Shown here: positions 7,733-17,149 of the stretch, one piece after another | Layout: each line of letters begins with the position of its first letter | Numbering within the stretch: the first letter of the stretch is position 1 | NCBI GenBank assembly: GCA_041577295.1 | Contig: JBFGJG010000019.1 | Location: 1 to 64,000, forward strand | From: Gemmatimonadales bacterium | GTDB taxonomy: Bacteria; Gemmatimonadota; Gemmatimonadetes; Gemmatimonadales; GWC2-71-9 | DNA: 64,000 bases | Reading direction: 5' to 3' | Position numbers and translations under genes: made by a program | Notes under the pieces: generated by a model | Databases searched by the model: none | Told to the model about the DNA's origin: nothing | The model's input: the letters and a program-made list of their open reading frames with translations, nothing else

Positions 7733-8614
7733 ATGCGGGAGCGGGGGTTCACCGGTCTGGTAGTGCTAGCCATCGTCGTCGCGATCACGATGGTGTGGTG
7801 GGCCCTCGCCCTCTGGCCCGTCAATGACACCCCCGTCTGGCTCGAGCGAACAAGGGACGTGTGCTTCGGCACGCGGTCCAACGGGTTACCGGACGTGGCG
7901 GGGTGGACCGTGCTCGTGCTCCAGCCGGCCATGATGGTGGGCGCGGTGGTGGTGATCTGGGGTCGAACCTTGGTGCGGGACCTCGCCGCGTTCGCGCGGC
8001 TGCCCGGTGGCCGACTGGCTTTACGTGGTACGGGCGTCGTACTCCTGGTGGCGATCACGGCAGCCGCGTGGCGCGTGGCAAGCGCGTCGAGTGCAAATGC
8101 GTTTGACGAAATCACGGCCGCGCCCCTGCCTGATACGTACCCGCGGCTCGATCGCCCCGCACCGGAGTTAGGGCTCGTCGATCAGCGTGGCGACACGGTG
8201 CGCCTCGGCGACAACCGTGGCCACGTCGTACTCGTCACGTTTGCGTTTGGACACTGCGAAACCGTGTGTCCCAAAATTGTGAGCGATGTGCTTGTGGCGC
8301 GGCGTCGCCTCACCGACCAGGGCCACGCAGTGCGCGCCGTCGTGGTGACGCTCGACCCCTGGCGTGACGTACCGAGCCGTCTTCCGTACCTCGCGCAACG
8401 CTGGCACCTCGGGGAAGGGGATTTCATGCTGAGTGGCGCTGTCCAAAATGTGGAAGCGGCACTCGATGCCTGGGGCGTCGCCCGACGGCGTGATCTGCGC
8501 ACGGGGGACGTCACCCACCCGGCGCTGGCGTACATCGTGGACCCGGATGGCATCATCGCGTATGGGGTGGTCGGCGGGGCAGACGCGATCGTCGAGCTCG
8601 TGGGGCGGTTGTAA
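7733..8614 (+). CDS. SCO1/SenC copper chaperone with an extra N-terminal membrane domain
   Basis: 'FGHCETVCP' CxxxC, 'TLDPWRD' and 'VTHP'; three N-terminal TMs. Confidence 0.88.
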   Translation: MRERGFTGLVVLAIVVAITMVWWALALWPVNDTPVWLERTRDVCFGTRSNGLPDVAGWTVLVLQPAMMVGAVVVIWGRTLVRDLAAFARLPGGRLALRGTGVVLLVAITAAAWRVASASSANAFDEITAAPLPDTYPRLDRPAPELGLVDQRGDTVRLGDNRGHVVLVTFAFGHCETVCPKIVSDVLVARRRLTDQGHAVRAVVVTLDPWRDVPSRLPYLAQRWHLGEGDFMLSGAVQNVEAALDAWGVARRRDLRTGDVTHPALAYIVDPDGIIAYGVVGGADAIVELVGRL

Positions 8615-8754
8615 CTCCTTCACCTCCTCGCAGCGGCCTCAGCACCTTTCTCAAATCACCCCCCAACCGTACCGGGCCGCTTGACCGAACTCCTACACCG
8701 GGAACTTTCCGACGGCATCGTGGTTCTAGCGGTCGTCCCGATCAGGAGGACTCC

Positions 8755-9522
8755 ATGTTCGCCGCTCGTGCACTGACCGTTCTGATCGCGACCGTTATAC
8801 CCGCGATCGCAGCACACGGTCAACAGACCGTTCATTTCCTCGCTGAAGACTCTGTGGTTGTGTACGGTCATCTCTATGCCGCTCCTCAAGGCGCACAGGC
8901 GCTGATTCTCGCCTTCCATCAGGCGGGAGCCAACGGTCGCTCGGAGTATGAGCCCATCGCCCGCCGACTCACGGCATTGGGGTACACCGTGCTGGCCGTC
9001 GATCAGCGGGCTGGTGGCGATCGGTTTGGTGGAACGAACCGCACCGTCGACCGTCTCGGGATTTCCCGCGGCTATTGCGAAGCGGCGGCCGACCTGGAGG
9101 CGGCGGTGCGGTATGGGCGGGACACGTTTCCCGGAGTACCACTCGTGCTTTGGGGGAGTAGTTATAGCGCCGCGCTTGTGCTGCGCCTAGCCGCCACGCA
9201 GCCGGCTGAGGTGGCCGCCGTGCTTGCCTTCTCGCCGGCTTCCGGGGAGCCGATGGCGGGATGCCGCCCAGAGGAGCTTTCAGATCGCATTATTGTTCCA
9301 ACCCTCGTGCTGCGCCCAAAGGCGGAGATGGACGTTGCGTCGGTGGTAAGCCAAGCTGAGATCTTTCGCGACCAGGGGCACGCGGTGTTCGTGGCAGATC
9401 CGGGGCGACACGGATCCTCGATGCTCGTGGAAGACCGCGTTGAAGGATCGGTCGAGCACACCTGGGTAGCGGTGCTGGCGTTTCTGAGTGACGCCTTACG
9501 GGATCGAAACGTTGGTATCTGA
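8755..9522 (+). CDS. Secreted alpha/beta hydrolase
   Basis: Signal peptide; 'AFHQAG', 'WGSSYSA' nucleophile elbow, 'HGSS'. Confidence 0.85.
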   Translation: MFAARALTVLIATVIPAIAAHGQQTVHFLAEDSVVVYGHLYAAPQGAQALILAFHQAGANGRSEYEPIARRLTALGYTVLAVDQRAGGDRFGGTNRTVDRLGISRGYCEAAADLEAAVRYGRDTFPGVPLVLWGSSYSAALVLRLAATQPAEVAAVLAFSPASGEPMAGCRPEELSDRIIVPTLVLRPKAEMDVASVVSQAEIFRDQGHAVFVADPGRHGSSMLVEDRVEGSVEHTWVAVLAFLSDALRDRNVGI

Positions 9523-9617
9523 AAAACCGCAATGGCGTGCGTAGGTATAGTCATCGTCGACGACGGAGATGCTTCAGATTCTTGCAACGCAACTCATCAC
9601 GGAGATAGCATTCTCGA

Positions 9618-10445
9618 GTGACCTCCGATCCTGGTGTTCGTTTTAGCGTGACTAGCGAAGTCTGGCGTGCGTTTGCCGTCTGGGAGACCACCACCACCCA
9701 GAACGTGCCGACGTTGGTTAAGGCCGCTGGCGTGCGTGCGGGACAGCGGGTGCTCGACGTTGGGACCGGCACGGGGGTCGCGGCCGTCACGGCGGCGCGA
9801 ATTGGCGCACGCGTGTCCGGCGTGGATCCCACCCCGGAGCTGTTAGAGCTTGCGCGCGAGAACGCCAGCATCGCGGAGGTGAACGTTGATTTTCATGAGG
9901 CTGGCGCCGAGGAAATTCCCTTTGCCGACGAAGAGTTCGATGTGGTGCTCAGCCACTTTGGCCACATGTTTGCTCCACGTGCACAACGGGCTGCCGACGA
10001 GATGCTGCGCGTGCTGCGCACCGGTGGTACGCTCGCATTTACTTCGTGGCCGCCGAACGACAGCCTCGGAGTGATTTTCGAAGACCTTGCCGTGCACCTC
10101 CCCGCGCTCCCAGAGGGGACTGACGATCCCGAACAGTGGGGAGATCCGGAAGTCGTCCGGCAACGACTGGGCAGCCGGGTGCGCGACCTCGTGTTCGAGC
10201 AACACGAGATGCGGAGTCCCGCGCTCAGCGTGCGCCACTTCCGACTCCGCATGGAGCAGGTTGGTCCCGGAAAGGTGGCCGCGCAGACGCTCGAACCGGC
10301 CGTGCTCGCCAAGTTCCGTGCCGGCCTCGAACGAAATCTGATGCCGGACTTCCGAGACAATATCATGCATCTGCGGTATCTCCTCGTCCGCGCGATCAAG
10401 ACGGGAAGCGGCGCCCCCATGGCTTTTAGAGACGCACCGTACTAA
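9618..10445 (+). CDS. Class I SAM-dependent methyltransferase
   Basis: 'VLDVGTGTG', 'PFADEEFDVVLS.FGHMFAP'. Confidence 0.9.
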   Translation: MTSDPGVRFSVTSEVWRAFAVWETTTTQNVPTLVKAAGVRAGQRVLDVGTGTGVAAVTAARIGARVSGVDPTPELLELARENASIAEVNVDFHEAGAEEIPFADEEFDVVLSHFGHMFAPRAQRAADEMLRVLRTGGTLAFTSWPPNDSLGVIFEDLAVHLPALPEGTDDPEQWGDPEVVRQRLGSRVRDLVFEQHEMRSPALSVRHFRLRMEQVGPGKVAAQTLEPAVLAKFRAGLERNLMPDFRDNIMHLRYLLVRAIKTGSGAPMAFRDAPY

Positions 10446-10630
10446 CATTCGTTATCCAGATCCCGCGGAACGCTCGCTTCACTGGCGTCGGTCATCCGGC
10501 GGAGCCCACCGTAACGACTGAGTCTCGACGACAGTAAGCCTTGCCCGTACAGGGTGTGGTGCGGACGCGGTTCTCCGATCTGCCCGCCAAGTTTTTCGGT
10601 TACATATCGCTTTCCCTCTGAGGAGGAAAT

Positions 10631-11080
10631 ATGCCGGCACCATCCACCAAGATCGCTCCCGAACAGCTGATTCAGGCCGCGAAGGCGCCGTTCACCGCGT
10701 ACAACAACAAGGACTGGAAGGCGGCACGTGCCAGTTTCACGTCCGACTTCGTGTACGACGAGGTGCCAACCGGTCGCAAGGCCAAAGGGGCCGACGACGT
10801 GATCGCGCTGTGGAAGGGTTGGGGCACGGCGTTCCCGGATTCGAAGTGCACGTACCACAAGGAGTACGTCAGCGGGAATACCGTCGTGCTCGAGCTCACG
10901 TGGAAGGGAACGCACACGGGACCGATGCAGACTCCCGATGGCCCGATCCCGGCCACCAACAAGAAGATCGACATCCGGGCGTGTAATGTCGTCGAGATTT
11001 CGGGTGACAAGGCCAAGTCGCAACGCCAGTACTTCGACATGGCAACGATGATGCAACAGCTCGGCCTCGCCAAGAAGTAG
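10631..11080 (+). CDS. SnoaL-like ester cyclase (NTF2 fold)
   Basis: 'AFPD...WKGTHTGP...IPATNK...YFD...MQQLG'; GAGGAGG RBS. Confidence 0.9.
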   Translation: MPAPSTKIAPEQLIQAAKAPFTAYNNKDWKAARASFTSDFVYDEVPTGRKAKGADDVIALWKGWGTAFPDSKCTYHKEYVSGNTVVLELTWKGTHTGPMQTPDGPIPATNKKIDIRACNVVEISGDKAKSQRQYFDMATMMQQLGLAKK

Positions 11081-11108
11081 CGGAACGCGTTCAACAGGAG
11101 GGTGTCAG

Positions 11109-11142
11109 AGGCCGGGGGATCGTGCTGATCCCCCGGCCTTTC
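11109..11142. terminator. Intrinsic terminator hairpin between convergent genes
   Basis: AGGCCGGGGGATC-gtgct-GATCCCCCGGCCT, a perfect 13-bp stem followed by TT. Confidence 0.7.
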
Positions 11143-11650
11143 ATTCGTGTGTCGCTCGGCTCCGAGCTTGCACTTCCTCTTCCGTCAATCCGTACAGCGG
11201 CGGTGTTGTGATATCCAGCATCCCGAGCATCAGGTAGATCTGCCCACGATGGTGCACTTCGTGCTCGACCATCGCGCGTAGCCATTTCCATACGGTGATC
11301 GTCACCCCGCCGGGCGTCGAACAGCGGCTCCGAAGATCCTCAGGGGTTAAGGTCGCGAAGATCGCGACCGCCTCACGGTGCATGCGGTCGATGAAGTCAC
11401 GGACCTCGGCGGGTCCTCTCGCCAAGTCGGGTCCGTGTCCAGGGTACCGGCTGGGGTTCTTCTGAGCGTTTTCGGCGAACATGTACCGCTCGATCGCTGC
11501 GAGGTGGCGGATGAGGTCCGCGAAGGTCCATGCCCCCGGTCGATGACTCCAGTCGTAGCGATCATCGGGAATACACGCGATGACAGCATTGGTCCGGGCG
11601 CGGATTTTCTCCCAGTAATCCAGGAACGTGGCGACCGATTGGATTTCCAT
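11141..11650 (-). CDS. DinB/YfiT-family protein
   Basis: 'DLIRHLAAIE' and 'MVEHEVHHRGQI' His triad. Confidence 0.9.
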   Translation of the reverse strand: MEIQSVATFLDYWEKIRARTNAVIACIPDDRYDWSHRPGAWTFADLIRHLAAIERYMFAENAQKNPSRYPGHGPDLARGPAEVRDFIDRMHREAVAIFATLTPEDLRSRCSTPGGVTITVWKWLRAMVEHEVHHRGQIYLMLGMLDITTPPLYGLTEEEVQARSRATHE

Positions 11651-11732
11651 GACATATCCTCGCGATGGGCCTCAGGCGCGATCCAGCCAAACGACTCGAC
11701 CCGTCCGAAAGTTAGCCCCTCCAGGGATCAAT

Positions 11733-11761
11733 TTGACAACGTACAAAATTATTTGTACGTT
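11733..11761 (+). promoter_or_regulatory. sigma70 promoter with perfect operator palindrome; probably leaderless
   Basis: TTGACA-N17-TACGTT; AACGTACAAA-atta-TTTGTACGTT (11738-11761); ATG 5 nt after the -10. Confidence 0.8.
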
Positions 11762-11766
11762 AGCAC

Positions 11767-12363
11767 ATGCGTCAAGATGTCTTGCTCGTGGACTCCGTAG
11801 AGCAGGCGACGGTGCTGCTCAAACCGCGGCGGATTGAGCTCCTCGCCGAGATGGCGGAGCCGCGCACGTGTCCGGAGCTAGCTGAGCGGTTTCGGGAGAC
11901 GCCGCAGAAGATCTACTACCACGTGAAGACCATGGAGCGCGCGGGTTTGGTGGAACGGGCGGGGGAGCGCTCGGTCAACGGCATCGCCGAGGGCCATTAT
12001 CGCGCCAAGGCGCGGGCCTTCTGGTTGTCGCCACGCTTGGTGCGTGGCCTAGGTGGCCAGAAAGCCGTCCAGGAGCAGACGAGTCTCCGGATCCTGGCGG
12101 GCCATGCCGAGCAAATGCTCGAGGACGTGGGCCATCTTGCGGAGCGCTCGGCCGCAGGCGAGCACACGCCCTCGTTGTCGCTGGCGGTCGATATCACCTT
12201 GCCGACCCGCGAGCGACGCGAGGAGTTCTTGAATGCGTTGACCCAGACCTTCGAGCAGCTCGCCCGCCAGTACACCGGCACGGCACCGACGAAACGCGAG
12301 GCGCCCGAGACATTCCGCTTCACTCTCACCTGCTATCCCACGCCCGCGCGGGAGGCGTCATGA
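11767..12363 (+). CDS. ArsR-like (HTH_20) transcriptional regulator
   Basis: 'LLKPRRIELL..ELAERF..PQKIYYHVK.MERAGLVE'. Confidence 0.88.
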   Translation: MRQDVLLVDSVEQATVLLKPRRIELLAEMAEPRTCPELAERFRETPQKIYYHVKTMERAGLVERAGERSVNGIAEGHYRAKARAFWLSPRLVRGLGGQKAVQEQTSLRILAGHAEQMLEDVGHLAERSAAGEHTPSLSLAVDITLPTRERREEFLNALTQTFEQLARQYTGTAPTKREAPETFRFTLTCYPTPAREAS

Positions 12364-13298
12364 CTTCCGTTTTGCATTATCAGCTCGCTCTGCCGGCCTC
12401 GCCGGCCGAGGTGTTTCGTGCCCTCACCGAAAACGCGGCGCTCGAGACGTGGTTCGCCGAGCACGCCGATGTCTCGCTGAAGGACAAGCGGTATGACTTT
12501 TGGGGCCGCTTCACGCCGGAATCCCCCGCGCGCACAGAGGGGCATCACCCCATCACGGCGTTCGTGCCGAACCGTCAGTTGTCCTTTAGGTGGCAGCTTC
12601 GCGGAGTCGATACCACGGTGGATCTCAAACTCACCAAGCGTCACGATGTGACCGTGCTTGGTCTTTGGCACCGCGGGGTTCCGTCGATTCCCGAAGGGGA
12701 GCCAGGCTGGTATGCACTTGACGACGTCTGGGCTCTCTGGCTGGAGAACCTGCGCCGTTACCTCGACGGTCGCTCGGTGATCCGCTGCGATTTCTCGGCC
12801 ATCACCGGTGGTGATGTCACGCGCACCATCGAGATCGATGCGCCGGCCTCTGCCGTGTGGGATGCCCTGGTGAATCCCGAGCAACGCAAGCGGTGGATTG
12901 CCAGCAAAGATCTGGACACGCCGGACGTCGGTGGCGTGTGGATCGACTGGGCTCAACACGGGGCGCTTCGCATTGTCGAGATGGTCCCGGAAAAACGAAT
13001 GTCGCTTGAGTGGCAGATCGGTGGCGTGCCGACGGTGGTGACCTGGACGCTTGAGGAGCAGGGCGGGAAAACCCGATTCACCTTGGCCCACAGCGGCTTC
13101 GCTCCAGACTACCGAACGGACGGCGAGTTGTTGGGGTGGCTGAGCTACTTGAGTTGGTTGCAATCGCTGGTCGAGTATGGATTCGACTGGTTACCGCCCG
13201 TCAAGCAGATCGCGCGTGACGTAGCGCTCTTCCACGCGGCCTCGATCTGGTCGCGCCAGGACGAGTTACTGGACGAAGACGACGCGAGTTGGCGCTGA
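12360..13298 (+). CDS. Tandem SRPBCC/AHSA1-domain protein
   Basis: Two repeats: 'ASPAEVFRALT..LETWF' and 'APASAVWDALV..KRW'. Confidence 0.88.
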   Translation: MTSVLHYQLALPASPAEVFRALTENAALETWFAEHADVSLKDKRYDFWGRFTPESPARTEGHHPITAFVPNRQLSFRWQLRGVDTTVDLKLTKRHDVTVLGLWHRGVPSIPEGEPGWYALDDVWALWLENLRRYLDGRSVIRCDFSAITGGDVTRTIEIDAPASAVWDALVNPEQRKRWIASKDLDTPDVGGVWIDWAQHGALRIVEMVPEKRMSLEWQIGGVPTVVTWTLEEQGGKTRFTLAHSGFAPDYRTDGELLGWLSYLSWLQSLVEYGFDWLPPVKQIARDVALFHAASIWSRQDELLDEDDASWR

Positions 13299-13361
13299 TT
13301 GCGGTGGCGTCACTTGCTCGGTGGCAAGGGGCGCGGTAGGAATAGCCTGGCTCGGAACCGG

Positions 13362-13955
13362 TCAGTCGAATTCTGCCGTGCTCAGCGCCAGCAACCCGAG
13401 TCCAGCGATTCCGATCCTCAGAAACATCGACAGTGCGCCCCGTCCGTACTGCTCGGCGTACCAGTGACCGGCGCTTGGGCCCATCAGCACACCGGCGCTG
13501 GCGACTACCAACCCTACGCCTAGGGTGCCCTGATTGTCGTTCCAGCCGCCGGCGGACGCGAGGCCCAGCCCGAGGGCGGTTGGCACCAGCGTCGCCCCCA
13601 ACGACCAGAGCAGAGCGGTGCTCTCCGATTTGAGGCCGGAGGGTTGTTGGCTGGGGTAATCGACCCGGATGGGTTGGCTCAGATTGCTCTGCCCCCGCCC
13701 GCCGACGGAAACGACAATACCCACGCGCCTGTCGACCGGGTCGATCCACGGTGCGGCGCCGAGTGCGGTCCGGTTGTACTTCCGCGCCGACCCGGGGGCG
13801 GCTCCAACGTCTATGAGCGCGACGAGTCCCACGGCAGCGCCGGCACCGAAGGCCAAGGCGAAGCCGAGTTCGTTCTGTGCCCGAAGAGCCGGCGGGCGTA
13901 CCGTCGCCGCCAACACGACGGCAGCAAGCAAAATTGCAACGGTTGCCGACCGCAT
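13362..13955 (-). CDS. Hypothetical exported/membrane protein
   Basis: Signal peptide, hydrophobic segments, 'GPSAGHWYA'; coupled to the upstream gene. Confidence 0.6.
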   Translation of the reverse strand: MRSATVAILLAAVVLAATVRPPALRAQNELGFALAFGAGAAVGLVALIDVGAAPGSARKYNRTALGAAPWIDPVDRRVGIVVSVGGRGQSNLSQPIRVDYPSQQPSGLKSESTALLWSLGATLVPTALGLGLASAGGWNDNQGTLGVGLVVASAGVLMGPSAGHWYAEQYGRGALSMFLRIGIAGLGLLALSTAEFD

Positions 13956-14470
13956 CAGGTTCTCCTTGTCTGTTCCTCGCCACTCTTCAAGAACATCGCA
14001 GTCTGATCGCCATAGTACACCATCTGCCCATTTTGCGAGAACTCAAACTCGAATCGGACGACGATACGGCGTGCTCCGCGTCGGGAAGCCGATTCGCGTG
14101 AGCGGAGCGTGAGGGGCGGACCGATCAGCGCCAAGGCCTTGAAGTCTGCTCGGTGAATACGGTTTCCATACCCAACCCAGCCATCAGCCCACCGCAATCC
14201 GTGGTAGAACCACCCATGCAGAGAGCCCATATGGGCCGTGGCCATGATCAGCTCACCGACCGAGAGGTGCGCGGGGTGACCTGGCCCCGATCGCTGATGG
14301 GCCACGTACGGGAACTCTCTCGTTGTGTCGAGCCTGGCGACGATTTCGGATCGGTCGGCATCGAGACTGACGATTTCGTCGATCAGAAAGCTGCCATCGT
14401 CGTAGAGGAAGGTGTCGAGGAACTCCTCCATCTCGGATGGATCGTGTGGGCCGGGGATGTGGCGTGACAC
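13955..14470 (-). CDS. Hotdog-fold (FabA/FabZ-like) protein
   Basis: 'FLIDEIVSLD', 'PAHLSVGELI', 'ADFKALALIG'. Confidence 0.6.
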   Translation of the reverse strand: MSRHIPGPHDPSEMEEFLDTFLYDDGSFLIDEIVSLDADRSEIVARLDTTREFPYVAHQRSGPGHPAHLSVGELIMATAHMGSLHGWFYHGLRWADGWVGYGNRIHRADFKALALIGPPLTLRSRESASRRGARRIVVRFEFEFSQNGQMVYYGDQTAMFLKSGEEQTRRT

Positions 14471-14485
14471 CGGGGTTGGGCCTCC

Positions 14486-14833
14486 GTGGGATGGTGGGTG
14501 AGGACGTTAGTCGTATTGGCGGCAGGCCGAAACCTTACCAAGGGTGGCAGGAATTACTACTTTGTGCACCCCATGGTCGAAACCTCGAAGGGCACGACTC
14601 GGACGACGTCACGCTTTGCCGTGCATCTCGGGCACACCGAGCCCGGTCGCCAGCGGGGCTGGACGCTGTGCGATCGCCGCATCGGCTTGGGCGACGATGA
14701 GGTCATTCCATACGACGTGGTGGACATCTCGCAGCTCGACGCCGTGGACTGTTCCCGCTGTCTCGAACTCGTCGGCGGTCGAACGAGGCGGTGGGGACCG
14801 CGACCCCGCCCGCCGCGACGCGGCGTCCCGTAA
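14486..14833 (+). CDS. Small hypothetical protein, possible Zn-binding (H..C..CxxC)
   Basis: 'AVHLG...TLCD...VDCSRC'; start uncertain. Confidence 0.4.
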   Translation: MGWWVRTLVVLAAGRNLTKGGRNYYFVHPMVETSKGTTRTTSRFAVHLGHTEPGRQRGWTLCDRRIGLGDDEVIPYDVVDISQLDAVDCSRCLELVGGRTRRWGPRPRPPRRGVP

Positions 14834-15256
14834 GCGGTTTCATAGGATCCTTCCCCTCGAGCCAACACGCTCGGTGGGCGGAGTGCCTGCGTGAACTGCG
14901 TCTCACGACGGGATTCGTTGAATGCTCGGGGTACCCCCACACTGTTTGTGGTCCTTCATCACGTCCCGCGATCTCACTCGTCGTCGTGGCCGCTAGCCCA
15001 TCTCCGCGATCCGTCTGGAATGCAGCCGTCGGGCCATCATCTTCCCGATCCAACAGGACCAGTGGATCGGCACCACCACGAACTTCATCGCGGGGGAGTT
15101 GGGCGTAGTCTTCCGACCGACCCGACGGACCGTCATCAAAGCTGTGTACCTGCGTGACCACTGGGATCGGGCCATTACATTCTCACGCAACGGACACGCT
15201 TTCGCATTCCAGATAGCCCACCACTTCGATGTGGTCTCGCTGTTCCAGACTGCGTG

Positions 15257-16114
15257 TTAGCCTCGCCGCCGACCCTTGGACCAAATGAGAATCAAGCCAC
15301 AGTTGTTTCCGCGATACTTCGCTGGTGCCAGCGCGCCCGTGTAAATCTCGATTCCGGCAATGTCGTCTGGGGCGAGCGCATCGACGTCCATATCCGTACG
15401 CGGGACCCCATCGACGTAGACCGGAATAGGACAGTCCGTGCCGAGCGTGTCCGCGGGATTAGAAAACTCGGTGGCGAGCGTGTCTCGCGGGCTGGGTAGG
15501 TCGATCCGAATGGACTGCCGTATTTGACGCTCACTCGTCACGATGCAACCCGAGCCGCCGCGGCAGCGCAATTTCACGCTGGGGATCGATCGAAAGAGCT
15601 GTGATACCCGAGTGGGTTTCTGCTTAGCCACGTCGGCTTCAGTGATGAAGTGACCCACACCGCGTCCCCTTCGCTCGCGGAACTCGGCAAGATCAGCTGT
15701 GCCCGCCACACCTTCCACGACCAGCGAATCGAGCGGGAGCGCTACCGGCGGTAGGGGGATGGTACCGAGGTCGACTTCGGCAACTTGTTCGTTTGGGAAA
15801 TCGATCTCGACTTCCATCGAACGATACCCGTCGCCATGAAATTGGAGCACGAGACTTGGCCCGTGCGTGAGGGTCAACTCAAAAGTGCCCCTGGGGTTCG
15901 TGACTCCGGTGGTGCCGGAGCCGACCACAATGACGGTCGCGTTGACAATCGGTGCGCCGCTGATGGAGTCCGCTACGACGCCTCGCAGAGTCGTTGGACG
16001 GTCCTGAGCCAGGCCAGCCTGCGGGGTACCGAGCACCATCCCGCAAGCGATGAGGCTGACCAAAACACCGCCGCCGTGAAACCACGAGCCCAAGAAACAG
16101 TGCAATCGGGACAC
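15257..16114 (-). CDS. Carboxypeptidase-regulatory-like + TonB plug-domain protein (no barrel)
   Basis: 'LRGVVADSISGAPIVNATV', 'GHFIT..', 'CPIPVYVDG..IAGIEIY..CGLILIWSK'; GTG start at 16114. Confidence 0.8.
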   Translation of the reverse strand: MSRLHCFLGSWFHGGGVLVSLIACGMVLGTPQAGLAQDRPTTLRGVVADSISGAPIVNATVIVVGSGTTGVTNPRGTFELTLTHGPSLVLQFHGDGYRSMEVEIDFPNEQVAEVDLGTIPLPPVALPLDSLVVEGVAGTADLAEFRERRGRGVGHFITEADVAKQKPTRVSQLFRSIPSVKLRCRGGSGCIVTSERQIRQSIRIDLPSPRDTLATEFSNPADTLGTDCPIPVYVDGVPRTDMDVDALAPDDIAGIEIYTGALAPAKYRGNNCGLILIWSKGRRRG

Positions 16115-16291
16115 GGATGCCCCCTTTTTTGCTATTTGGTACCGCTTCCGTAACGGACAGGTTCCTCGCCCGCCCCGCCACCTCTTCCTCCAAGCCGGCC
16201 GAAGTCTTGCCGGTGCTACACGTACCCGCACTCTCGGGAGCCACAATGCACCGTAGACACCACGTTCAATAGGTACTACCATTCGCACGCA

Positions 16292-17149
16292 ATGAAAGAT
16301 TACCAGCTCATCGTGTCGAACCCTCCACATGGTGAGGTCGATCTCACCGCGGCTCTGCCCTCCTTCCGACTTTCTCGAGCCGAAGTTGAGATGAAGGCGA
16401 ACTACGCGCTGCCGGAGATCTGGTTTGCCAGTTCAGAACCGGCGCGCTTGGAGTCGACATTTGGGACGCTCCGCGCAGCCGGACTCAGCGTAGTACTAAT
16501 TGCCGGTGAGGCGCTGCGCTCACTCCCTAAACAAGCCCACGTAACCGAGTTCACCTTTGGCGAGCAGGACCTCGCTATTCATGTAGAAGGGCGCGAAATC
16601 AAACTGCCGTATCAGGCTTCCATTACGGGTATCGCTTGTCGCCCGTCGCACGTCTCGGATGCGCTGTCGCGTGCCTCCCGAAGTACGGCGCTCGGCCGCT
16701 TGTCACACTCCGGTCTAACCCCGAATTCGCTGGTGGGGCGCAGCGAGCGACGCCCCGAGAAAGCCAAATCGGATGCATACGATCCGGAGTTCTCGTCCTT
16801 CGTAGACCTATTCTGGCAAGAGAAGGGGCAGATCTTTCGAGCCTCGTTTTTCGAGAGTAGTGGCGCACGCGGCGAGCGGGCCGTAGCGGACCTCGACGCT
16901 CTCGCTGGTGAGCTGGAGCAGCGGTTTGCCAACGCGCTCTTCGACCGTCGCGGCCTCGGAATGCGCGTTCGGCGTCGCATCATGGTTGGTGAGTACCCCG
17001 ACGACGACCGCCGGAAAGGGTTCTCCTACGCCACCCGAGCGCTCAGCCAGTTGCTCGAAGCGATCTCTCCGGACCTCAAGCGCATCGCTGACGTCGAGCT
17101 GGCGTCCCGCCTGGGGTATCTCACGATTCGAGCGGGATCGGGCGGTTAG
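16292..17149 (+). CDS. Hypothetical protein
   Basis: 285 aa ORF with globular composition filling the gap. Confidence 0.65.
   Translation: MKDYQLIVSNPPHGEVDLTAALPSFRLSRAEVEMKANYALPEIWFASSEPARLESTFGTLRAAGLSVVLIAGEALRSLPKQAHVTEFTFGEQDLAIHVEGREIKLPYQASITGIACRPSHVSDALSRASRSTALGRLSHSGLTPNSLVGRSERRPEKAKSDAYDPEFSSFVDLFWQEKGQIFRASFFESSGARGERAVADLDALAGELEQRFANALFDRRGLGMRVRRRIMVGEYPDDDRRKGFSYATRALSQLLEAISPDLKRIADVELASRLGYLTIRAGSGG

Noticed and set aside
14703..15161. Minus-strand 152-aa ORF
   Set aside because: No recognisable motif and it overlaps the 14486 ORF; the region is left unannotated
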